Shown: one piece after another, positions 12,818-29,245 of the stretch
Layout of the letters: every line of letters starts with the position of its first letter
Position numbering within the stretch: the first letter of the stretch is position 1
NCBI RefSeq assembly: GCF_018977255.1
Contig: NW_024704743.1
Span: 68,698,001 to 68,762,000 of the forward strand
From: Callorhinchus milii
Lineage: Eukaryota
Direction of reading: 5' to 3'
Length of the DNA stretch: 64,000 nt
Translations under genes and position numbers: made by a program
Notes under the pieces: generated by a model
Database searches by the model: none
Told to the model about the DNA's origin: nothing
What the model saw: only the letters and a program-made list of their open reading frames with translations

Positions 12818-13310
12818 AGTGGCTCAGTGGTAGCACTTGAAGGTTGTGGTTCAGAAGGTTCGAAATACTGAAATACTGATGTCCTCCCGACGTGAAAGGC
12901 ACTATACAAATGTAACTTTGTTGTTGTTGTTGTAGGCTCAAGTGCCACTTCGGGACTTGAACTCACATAATCTAATGCCGTGCTGGGCATTATAATGTGT
13001 GGGTTTGTCGGAGTTGCCCTTCTTCAGATGAGTTGTTAAACCAAGGTCCATCTGCATGTTCAGGTAGACATTAAAAAATCCTGTGGCACTATTTGAAAAG
13101 AGAAGGGAGTTTCTCCTTGTGTTCTGGCCAACAATCCTCCAGATAAAAATCAGCCATCCGTTTCATGGCTGTTTGTGGGACATTGTTGTATGCAATTTTA
13201 GTGCCACGTTTGCCTACATATACAGTCATTCCATTTTATAGTAAATCCTGTGAAGTGTTTTGCTACGTCCATCCAAGGTGTTACACCAAATACAAGGATT
13301 AATTTTATGA
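12818..13310 (+). mobile_element. Deu-domain SINE interrupted by a short L2 tail
   Basis: tRNA-like head gtggctcagtggtagcac, Deu domain (cttcagatgagttgttaaaccaaggtccatctgcatgttcaggtagacattaaa...tggcactatttgaa) and shared 3' body. Confidence 0.75.
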
Positions 13311-15759
13311 AATCCGTAATGTCCACCTAAAGAACAAGCAGAGGGACTTTGAATGGCATTTTGACAATACATTACTTTCCCACAATGAAATGTCAGCCGA
13401 GACAATCAGCTCAAGTCCCAATGTGGGTAAGTGGGCTACAGACTGAACTAATGCTCCCGGAGGCTACCCTGTATGAGAGGCATTGTTGTGATTGAACCAA
13501 ACTGACACCAAGATGCACACAAAAAACAAATAAGTGTGTAGTCGAATATTTTGTTTTTTAGAAAACCCTCCAGCAAGTAAAGGCCGTAAGTGTTAAATCA
13601 CACCCCCACCCCCAACCCCATGGTTAGCTCTAATCACATGAAGGCATTACTAACCTGCATTATGGATCATGTCCCTGTCAAAAGTGCCCACAAGTTATCA
13701 GCTTTTAATTCAATATGCAAGGTCCACTGCCGATTGTAGATTAAGGTAATGCACTCTGTTACCTAACATCACAGACCTACATCTTAAACCTGTGCTGTTT
13801 AGAGGTGCTGACAATTGCAGCACAATTCATTGTGAGGTAACTGAGCCGCACAGTACTTCTCCAGCTAGGACCTTCCCACCTGACATATAGTAATTGTATA
13901 AGTGCACTTTCCAGACACTTGAACACATTTCTTTGTATGTTCTGGTTTCTCTGGGCGTATAAATCTTTCACCTTTTACTAAAGATTTCTGTGGAGAGGCA
14001 CATTTATGTGTTTTCAAACTAATCATTTTGAAAAATGCAAGTTTCAATTGTCTCTGCATCTAGAACTCCTTTCCTCCCCATCTTCAATACCCACTTTAAG
14101 ATCTATCTCCTTCATCATGCTTTCAGACATCTTCCTCTTCCTCCCAGCTCAGACAATATGTGAAGTGCTTTGAGATGTCATCCCAACATGAAAGGTATTA
14201 TATAAATATACATTTTTATTAAATAATAAAATTATATCATATACATATATGAAATATATATATGGAGTAAAAATGCTATACTTATAGATTCATATGCTTT
14301 GCATAAACATTTAGACATATTTTGCCTTGCTTGGACAGCAGTCTAGACACAAATAGAAACTCTATTATTTCTAGTCCACTTATTGAGAACCACAGAAGTA
14401 GAATTTCTCTTTCAGTTCTGGTGTGCATGATTCCTCTCTGAGGGGAGGGAAACAAAACACTTGTCCCTCACCTATGCAGTTTGAAGCATTAGTAACCCTC
14501 CTCCTGCTTGGCCAGCTAGATCTACCCTACCCGATACGGTATTAGGTTGCAGAGTTTCTAAGAACCAAACGGGATGAATACCATCCCAAGAAACTTGCCT
14601 ACACTTCTATCTCATGAGTCAGGCAGGCCAGACAACCATCATCAAAGCCGTGGAAAACGTCAGACCTGCAGGTTTGGATCACTGAGTCCGCTACAAAGAG
14701 TTGACTCAGTTCTGCTCTCCCTTTACCAGACACATCACTAAGTAGCCTATAAGCCCCCAAATGACTCTACTTGACTCTACCCAATGGACAATCTGTAGTC
14801 CAATACAATGTAACAGAATGCAAATTTGAATTAAGATTCAAATTGATACTAGGGTTTTCTCAAACAAGACTTATTTAACTTGTAATTTTATATACAGCAA
14901 GATAAACAATGTTTACTGATTGAAACCATTTGTCTTGTTGAGCATCTACAGTGTTTGAAACATTCTACATTTGTGAAAGCTAATCTTCTTTGTTTTAATG
15001 ATAAATGTCACAAAGATCTCTCAGCTCAGCAAATTGCTAGTGATGCTAATTGTCTTTCCAAAACTCTAATCTCACTTAGCCTAGTGTGTCAGACTATTCA
15101 ATGGAATGTCTTTACGCAAAATCTGCTCCTATTTTGAAAACAACATAGAATACAGGGTAACCCCAATATAAGGCGGTTTAGTGACCTGGCTTTTGATGCT
15201 GACTAGCTGACCAGATGTCAGGTTACTGCTGATGTCACTTTCTGCTTTGTGTGAATACACAGGAAGTGTCATCAGTAATGACCTGATGACCAGATAGATG
15301 GTTATATATTCCACGATTCATTTTAACACGGACCGAGTTTAAGGACCATACCACCACATAATAACAGAGCTGTCCTGTATCCACTACACTGTTCACATAA
15401 CACTTTCCAGAACAGGTAAAGATTATCAATATGGAAATACATTATTTTGTAGTTACCTGGAAAAAGTTACATAAATGTAACCAGTATGAAATCTGATTCT
15501 TTCAGTTTGATATCACCAAGTTATGACATCAGCATGAACTGGAAAGTATAAGAGAGTTGATTCAGTTTTAAGTAACGTGATACTACATATTGGTTGATTC
15601 AAGCACTTGCTTTCTACAGGAGCGACTAATCATATGGATAATTACCATGGACAAAATATCATCAGTTCATCTTTAAGGATTGCTCAGACATCCTCTTTTT
15701 CCTTAAGCCTCGTCAACTGTGGCAGTAATGGCTGGACTGTATAATGGATTTGGTTGGAA

Positions 15760-16010
15760 AAACATAGAATTACATAGAACGTTGAGAGAAAAAGACTCAA
15801 AAAGTCTGTGCCAGTGTTTATACTTCACACAAGTCTCCACCCCTCCTAATCCTTACTCCCATACTGCTCCGTTCCCTTCGCCCTCATGTATATTATATCA
15901 AGTTTTCTCTTATGTAAATTAATGCTTTTTGCTTCGATCACAGCTTTTGGTAGTGAGTTTTGCATTCTCACCACCCTCTGCATAAAGAAATTCCTCCTAA
16001 GCTTCTTGTT
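15760..16010 (-). mobile_element. CR1-type LINE 3' remnant
   Basis: catagaa repeats (CR1 tail on the minus strand) and attctcaccaccctctgcataaagaa (ORF2 end). Confidence 0.55.
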
Positions 16011-16619
16011 TGATATGCTATCCTATATTTATAATAATAATAAAATATACTGCTTGCATTTGATAAGAGTGCCTTACCATTGTTGAAACATCTCAAAGCG
16101 CTTCACAGAATATACTGTAAAGTAGACTGACTGTGTATTTTGTGGGCAAAACATGGCAGCCAATTGTGCACAAAAGCTATGCCCCCTTCTCCCATTGATA
16201 GACTCAACAACAAGTGAAGACAGATTATTGAATCCTTTCACAATCTTAAGCATCTTGCTGTAAACCCTCACGATGTCTCCTGGTGGCCCTTTCCAAAGGC
16301 CCACAGAGACTCCTTGAAATAACCATTGATGAAACAACATGTTTGAGGTTCTATCCTTAAAATCACAATTCCTAGCAAACATGTTTTCACTGTCCACTGA
16401 TGCTCACTTCACTGCAATTAGTTTCTGTCTGTCCAATACTCTTAGGTGAATTGAAGGTTGATAGAAATCCTTAATATCATGATAGGCTGTAAGCATTTAG
16501 AGGCATAAATCCTCAGAGTATTTTTTAAATTATCTATTATCTTTCCAATTTTAGTATATATGCTGCAAAAGTGAGCACTAAATGTATTAATTAATCAAAC
16601 TTAACTCACACTTCCCTTG

Positions 16620-16850
16620 TTTAATACTTGTGGATTTTACAAGTTTCAGGACAGACACCAGGAAATATTCCTTTATCAAGTGGGCAATTACCAATTGGAA
16701 CAGGTTGCCAAGAAGGATGATTGAGCTCAGGTCACTGAATACATTTAAAAGACAGTTTGATACTTTGACGAGAAGAGGAAAGGTGGGTGTTCTGAAAGGA
16801 TGAGATAAGATGGGCGAAAAGACCTTCTTCATCCACTCTGATCTTGTGCT
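16620..16850 (+). mobile_element. CR1-type LINE 3' remnant
   Basis: Reads FRTDTRKYSFIKWAITNWNRLPRRMIELRSLNTFKRQFD, typical of the CR1 ORF2 C-terminus. Confidence 0.65.
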
Positions 16851-17726
16851 CTTGTGAATATGTTGCTGTTTTTAAAATGTCTAACAAGTTGCTCTACTTA
16901 TCTCTATTCTTAGAGTACGGTATATCACTTTTATGCAAATTAGAGAGCATAATCATTCTCCTCTGACTAACCAAATCAATTTCAGATTTTCACTTTCTTA
17001 AATCTCACAAGATTTGAAAAAGATGGATGTTTAATATAATTTTGTGTCAGATTCCTAATTTGTCCTGCCAACTGCTCTCTTGCTCTCATTTCTGTTTTGA
17101 CATGTGATAAATTGGCCTCTTCTCATAAATGCATTTAAAACCTGCTGTTAAGCCCTGAGGAAACCAGTGAAGCTTTGTTCTTATCGTAATAGCTTTTTGC
17201 CTCTTGCTTCAGGAATATAAAAAGTGGGTATCTTCCTTCTAATTCCCCCAAAACCAGTTCAAAATTTGTCTTAGTGGCTTCTCAAAACACTTTTAATCAA
17301 GAATAGAAATATTGGACTGCCATGTCAACCAAATCTATGACTCTTCTTCTCACTTCTCCGATCTACCACCATTTTAGGGAGTTTGTTTCCCTTACATTTC
17401 ACTTTATCCAGTACCAAATTAAAGCCCTCCCCCCTTTCAGTCACTCCACTCTGGTACTAACTTGTTGTGCCATTGAGCCAGGACAACCATCAAAGCAACA
17501 CTGCCCAGGACTGTATTGGAGCGTCAGCCTAGACTATATGTGTTCAAAATCCCATCACCGAGCTAAGAAGGGGATATATGAGGTTAAATTCTACCTGGGT
17601 CTAGATTAACCCTATTAATGTATTACGTCAAACTACAGACTTTGGCCAATTGTTGAATTCATTCTCAACTTTGCTAAAGTTCTTAAAAGAACTTGCAGAA
17701 AAGCCAGCTTCGAAATATGAATTTGC

Positions 17727-18785
17727 TGACCTTGACTCTCTCCCTTTCAATATCTACATGCTCCCCCTTGGTGACATCATCCACAGACATGGGGTCAACT
17801 TCCACATGTACGCAGATGACACCCAACTCTACCTCTCTGCCTTCACCTTCAATTCCAGGACCACTGCTGTCCTCACAGACTGCCTGTCGGACACCAAGTC
17901 CTGGATGAGAGCTAACTTCCTGCAATTGAATGTCAACAAGACCGAAGCCCTCCTCTTGGCTCCCATCAGCGCTTCAATAACTCAGGCGCTGACAGCACCT
18001 CCCTCCATGGGTAAACTCTACATTTCACGGAGCCAATATGGAACCTCGGCATCCTGTTCAACCCTCAACTGTCCTTCATACCCCACATCCGTGCCATGAC
18101 CTGCTCCGCCTTTTCCCACCTCCGCAACATCGCTCAGCTCCACCACTGTGTAATACCACAGGCTGCCAATACCCTCATACACGCATTCATAACATCCAGG
18201 CACTCCCTGCTTATCGGCCTCCCCAACTCCTCCCTGCATAGGGTGCAGATCATCCAGAACTCTGCAGCCTGTGTCCTCTCCCGCACCAGGCTCCATGACC
18301 CTATCACCCCCATCCTTGCCCAACTCCACTGGCTTCCCATAACACAGAGGATACAGTTCAAGATCCTGGTCCTCACTTTCAAAGCCTCCATGGCTTTGCT
18401 CTCCCCTACTTCTGCAACCTCCTAACCCCCTACCAACCTGCCCACTCCCTCTGCTCAGCAGGCACCAGCCTGCTTCTCAGCGGGCACCAGCCTGCTTCTC
18501 AGCGGGCTCCAGCCTGCTTGGTGGGTGGGCCTTCAGCCACTCTGCCACCATGCTCTGGAACTCCATCCTGCAGTTCCTCCGCCTCGCCCCCTCCCTTGTC
18601 TCCTTCAAGACCAGTTTCAAGACCTTCCTCTTCAACCATGCCTTTACCACCCTCCTTCCCACCTGCCCTCCACCATTTCCAATCCCGACCCCCAGCTTGG
18701 GTCTGAAACATTGATTGTCCAGCACCTTAGGATGTCCTCCCAACATGAAAGGTGCTATGCAAATGTAATTTAATTGTTGTTGTTT
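17727..18785 (+). mobile_element. L2-type LINE, RT domain to 3' tail, frameshifted
   Basis: [29 protein letters not shown] (RT YADD motif), ...ITPILAQLHWLPITQRIQFKILVLTFK; tail with (GTT)n. Contains a 3 x 22-bp tandem duplication at 18454-18519. Confidence 0.92.
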
Positions 18786-19871
18786 GAAATGATATGTTAA
18801 TAAAAAAATGTAGATTCAGGTGGAATTTTTAATCCAATTTATACAAAGTAAATGATTTTACTGTGACTTGGAAAAATATTTATGCATTTTGCTAAATTCT
18901 TACTTGTAATTTACATTGTATTTGCTACATACACAGTATAAAGGATTCCTTTATTCTGAACGAAAACTCCCTATTTAGAGTTACAAATGACACGAGTTTC
19001 TATGATGAATAAGTTATGTCATTTAGGTCACCTGTGAGACCACTAGTCAGTATATACCCGTCAAATGTGGTTTACCAACCTTACAATGAAGGATCATATC
19101 AAAGCTGAATCAGTCTGATGGAAAGCTATAAATAGTACATGTGGTTGTGATCCAATATTTTAAGTGCTATTGGAGTCATTTTGCCTGGCCCCATTTACAG
19201 AACTACAGTCGCGTGCTCCACATTAAGTCTTCGTTGCTTCCACTGAGAATCTACCCTGTAGAACACAGCACAGACCTCTGTATATCATGAATATTTGTTA
19301 ATTGTACAGAATCAAGCTGAATCTGGATCTGCCGAGGAGTTTTGATTCCAGTCATGCTGCAATCTGTCACTGCTATTTTCATCAGGATCTCTGCCATAAT
19401 AATCTTCTCTTGCAGACAGTGGCATCTGCTTCTCCAATGTTGGATGAAAATTATCGAAAGATTACAAATCGAACTGGCTGAGCTATATTTTAAGGAAACT
19501 TGAATGTCACTTAGCAATATTAATGCATTAAATAATGGATTGTCAGGGATGAAATAGAACCGTGAATAAGATTCTCAGTGTATTTGAGCCACTATGCATG
19601 AGTGATAAATAAATGGAAGCACAATGATAGATTCCATATGTATTTTATAATTCATCCCCCAAGCTCACTAGATTTGATACCATTTTGTTTCCATCATCGT
19701 AGTGCTTCAAGACAGAATGACTGTGTAGCTGATAGAGTAGTGAAAGTTCGAAAATCAGTGTGTGATATCAGATGTGCAAAATTGACAGAATGAACTAATG
19801 CAGCCAAGAGCATTTTACAAAGATTTCATTTTCAGAAAGGATGAAAATGGTTCACCTCCTGCCTTTCTGAG

Positions 19872-20345
19872 GTACATAGATTGTACAGCACAAAAACAGG
19901 CTATTCGGCCCTACTAGTCCATTCCGCTGCTTATACTCTGCATGAGTCCCTATCCACTACCTCCCTCATGTGTACATACCCTTATATTTTCTTCTTCCTT
20001 ATAATAATAATAATCCTTGTATTTGATGTAATGCCTTATCACAACTTTGAGAAGTCTCAAAGCAATTCACAGAATATACTGTAAAGTGCATCAACTGTAT
20101 ATTTTGTGGGTGAAACGCAGCAGACAGGAGTACCCCACAAATAGTCGTGGATTGAGTGACCAAGTTATTATTTTTAAAATTGTTTTTACTGAATTATTAT
20201 CCACGGAAAAGCGATTCACCATTTGACTAACAACCGGGTTCCTACTTACTACTTGGTAAACAGAGACATGTGGCGTTTTCCACATTCTCACTCCCTTCTC
20301 AATGAAGTAGTTCCTCCTAAATTCTCTTTTAGATTCCCTAGTCAC
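19872..20345 (-). mobile_element. CR1 remnant interrupted by a SINE (20002-20275)
   Basis: CR1 tail (catagattgtacagcac...ggctattcggccc) on the left and ORF2 end (cacattctcactccc) on the right of a minus-strand SINE. Confidence 0.65.
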
Positions 20346-21863
20346 TATGTTATACTTGAAAAGAACCAATTTCCAAATTAAGACTGAATTTAAGAATTTT
20401 CCACAGTTCTGAATAATCTTAATTTTAAAATAAAATAGTTTTACAGGCTGAGACTAGGTAGAATTTGGGACCTCTGGTATCAGAAGTCACATTCAACTAA
20501 AAATTACTGTTTATATTAGGCTTTTTGACCACGCTTTATGTTTTGCAACTTCAGTTGAAAAGATTTTAACTTATTACATGCAAATCTTGTAAAATGTTGA
20601 ATGTAATTTCAAAAAGAAGTAAGATTCTTACTGAAAACAATTATTGGAGATTATGCAGTATTTAGCACTGCCTATTAGCATTAGGCTTACCACTGTATAA
20701 TTTAACATATAAACTTCAAAGGGAGATTTAAAAGTATTGGAAACTCACTGAAGCCAGCAGTGCCATCATCAAATATGAATAGGACATTGCCCATCATAAA
20801 TCAGAAGAACAGGCAAAAAACTTCTCCATTTATTTAATGATGACAAACATCATGAGAAACCAGTAAAATTTTAATTTTTACCTAATAAAGGTCAGTAACT
20901 TAGCTTTTTTGTGATAAAAATGTAGGAATGGCAAGTCGGAAGCCATAATCCTTGGCCATCCTCCCTCCCCGCAGCTCGGCGTCAGACTCCCCCACTTGTA
21001 AGCGCGCCAAGATGCTGGCCCACGTGAAGGGAGCAATAAAATGCAAGTTGTTGTTTTTGTTTTAGAAATTAGATTAGAGATCCCAGAGCAATTAATCTGG
21101 ATAATTCTCTTAGGGGGAAAGAGCCTTAGAATTAGGATAGATGGCTTTATTGGATGAGAACATGCAAATACTGATACAATGGGTCGAATGGCCTTCTACT
21201 GTGTTGCAGATTTCTATGGTTCTGTTGTTAATGGAAGTACATTGTGTTGAAAGTACACTGTGAGTAGAGCAGTTACAAGACAATACTTTCTCTATTGCAA
21301 CGAATGTGCCAGCATGGGAGCTAATCAGAAGACATCTGATCCCAGGAAAATTCACTACTATTAAGCACTCCGCGACACTTTCCTTCATGAAGGGTGCCAT
21401 TTTAATACAAGTTGTTGCTGCTGAGTAACATACAGTGACAATATTCTAGGAAAGCTCATACTCACATTACACATTTAGAACACTATTATCCGTAGAACAC
21501 AGAAATAATCTGTCGTAGGTACAGTTTCAAAACATACAGTAATTGTTTGTGCTTCTAACTCCAATGGTACAATACAAGACAATTTAATTTATATAGCACC
21601 TTTTACTTTGAGAGAATGTCTCAGATGGCTCTGCACCCGATCAGGGGAGTGGGAGTTAAAGTGGGGGAGAAGATGACTAAAAGCACAGTCAGGGGGCTAT
21701 AGGTTTTGCGGTATACTTTGAATATAGGAAGGAAGGGATTGAATCTTATACAACAACAACTGGCATTTATATAGCGCCCTTCACACAGGGTAGCGTCCCA
21801 GAGCGCTTGACAGTGGCAGAGTCTGACACCGAGCCAGGGGGAGAGGGAAGAAGGAAGATGACC

Positions 21864-22185
21864 ATAATAATAATAATAATCCTTGCATTTGATATAGCGC
21901 TTTTCACGTCGGGAGGACGTCCCAAAGCGCTTCACAGAACACACTGTAAAGTGAATTGACTGTATATTTATGGGCGAACGCGGCAGCCAATTACGCACAG
22001 CAATGTCCTTTAAACAGTCGTAGATTGAGAATGACCAATTTATTATTGTTTTTTGTTTTCGGAGGGATTATTATTAGGTGTGTGGAGTAAGGAAACTTGC
22101 CCAAGGTTTCGCCCTCTGCCTGGAATTGAACTCAGATCTCTCACTTGCAAAGCAAGTGCTCTAACCACTGAGCTACAGGACTCCA
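21864..22185 (-). mobile_element. Young full-length tRNA-Ala-derived SINE, short form
   Basis: Minus strand GGAGTCCTGTAGCTCAGTGGTTAGAGCACTTGCTTTGCAAGTGAGAGATCTGAGTTCAATTCC (A box, TGC anticodon loop, B box) through to the (ATT)n tail. Confidence 0.92.
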
Positions 22186-22282
22186 CACTGATTGATCTGG
22201 TTGGAGTCCTGGAGTCAGCGCTTTGGGATGTCCTCCCGACATGAAAGACGCTCTATAAATAATTTTGTTGTTGTTTGTTGTG

Positions 22283-22625
22283 TTGTAGCATATTGGTTAG
22301 AGCACTCACCTCGCAAGTGAGAGGACCTGGGTTCGATTCCCAGACAGGGTGAAATGTTGAGCAAGTTTTCTTACTCCACACACCTCTGTTTACCTAACAG
22401 TAAGTAGGAACCTGGTTGTTAGTCGATTGGAGGATTGCTTTTCCGCAGATAATAATCTTCAAAATTTAGGTCACTGAATTCATGACTGTTTGTGGGACAC
22501 TGCTGTGCGCAATTGGTTGCCATGTTTCGCCCACAAAGTGTACAGTCAATTTAATTTACAGTATATTCTGTGAAGAGATTTGAGACGCCTCGAAGACGTG
22601 ATAAAGCACCTTATCAAAAATAATG
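22283..22625 (+). mobile_element. tRNA-derived SINE, long form
   Basis: ggttagagcactcacctcgcaagtgagaggacctgggttcgattccc head, central segment and body; head-to-head with the preceding copy. Confidence 0.9.
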
Positions 22626-24215
22626 CAAATGCAAGCTGCTCTTAATGACTGCTGTTGCTGTATTTGAATGACACTGCCAAATGCAACAGAATTTATTTTA
22701 AATAGAAAAGCTTTTTTGTGTGGGGTGGTGGGGGGGAGGGGGCAGGGGGGGAGGGCTGGTCAGCCGGGTCTCTGACACACAAGAAAATGCTTAAAGAGTG
22801 TTCGAACTAGACTAAGCACTCATCAAATGAATGTAAATTTCCATTTCTCTGGAATGAAGTGCGAGCTACCTCTCTGGAGGACACAATCCCGCAGTGTTTT
22901 ACCTAATCCCACAAAGTATAGGGTGCAGGTTGGCCAAGGTTTGAGGACCAATGTTTATTGAGGTACTTTTATAGTTGCAATTTAACCAGCCAAAATCATG
23001 CAGCTTGCCATTGCAAATACTGTCTGAGAAAATTCCTGATGCTTACCTACCTCATAGCTATGTGGTAAGAATCCCTAACTGCGGTGACTGATAGGTGCCT
23101 ATAAATGCTGCTGAGGAATCTGACTACCAAGACCACCACAGAGGATCAACTGGATCCTGATATTCCATTACCAGGCACATCACTTTCGAGCCAGCTCAGC
23201 CCAAAATTGATCTTGCTTATTCCACCCTCGGCCCTCTTCCTGGAAGCTTGTGACAGGTTAGAATTAAGCATTAATGTAAACACTGTCTGGAGTAGGGAAA
23301 TGAATTGCATTTATCATTTTTGAGAAAGCATTTGGCAACGTGAAAAAATTGGATATAGCACCTCTCGAAGACTAGGAAACGTCTCGAAGCGTTTCACAAA
23401 ATGTGCTGTAAATCAATTGCACAGTGAATATATATATTTTAGACGAACAATGAGCACTCCCCAGCAATGTACTGTGTGTCAGCCTAGAATGTGAGTTCAA
23501 TATCTCATAATAATAATAATAATAATATTTGATCATCAATGGTTTCAGTCTATATGGGTGGAGGTCGAGTGAGGGCAGGATCTGGACCCTAATAATTGAC
23601 CAGGAGAGACTTATCATTTATCTTACACATGAACGATGGCTATATGGCTAAGGTAGTACCATTGCTGGCTGTGGATTTGTCACCTTCAGGGGAGGGGGGT
23701 TAATGGAATAAAACCGAAGGGGGATCGAATCAAAGGGAAAACTGGAGGAAAAGATACCTTTTAAAATTGCATTTGGAATAAACCCACACCTTCGATGATT
23801 TAAATATGCAATCATCGAAAAAATAAATCAAATGTTCCGCTTCAGACAGCACAGGCACACAACACGGGCTGCGGTTCACTGAAATAAAGGCACCATCTGG
23901 TCCTCTGAGCGGCTGCTCAACAGTGACTGGACCTGCACTGGGTTTGGGAAGAGCAGCTCTCGGTGGGCGATGTTTCAGTGTTGTGGCTGTGAGGAGCAGC
24001 AGCTCAGCCCCTTTGACTTTCCAGCCTCTTCCAATTAAAGGGCAACAAGAGAGCGAATCCTCAGAGAGAAAATCCTCAGTGAAGAGCTAACGTCCAGATT
24101 CGCTTCTTTCGGTACATGACCTGTCATTGTTGGAGCGATCAGTGTGTAGGGTTCCTGTTTTGTGAGTGACCATTTCTTCAAAGGCGATTGAATGAACAGA
24201 ACCGAGAAGGACTGT

Positions 24216-29245
<5,030 letters not shown>

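Noticed and set aside
17650..18425. Functional reverse transcriptase gene
   Set aside because: 5'-truncated and split across frames by frameshifts; a dead L2 copy.
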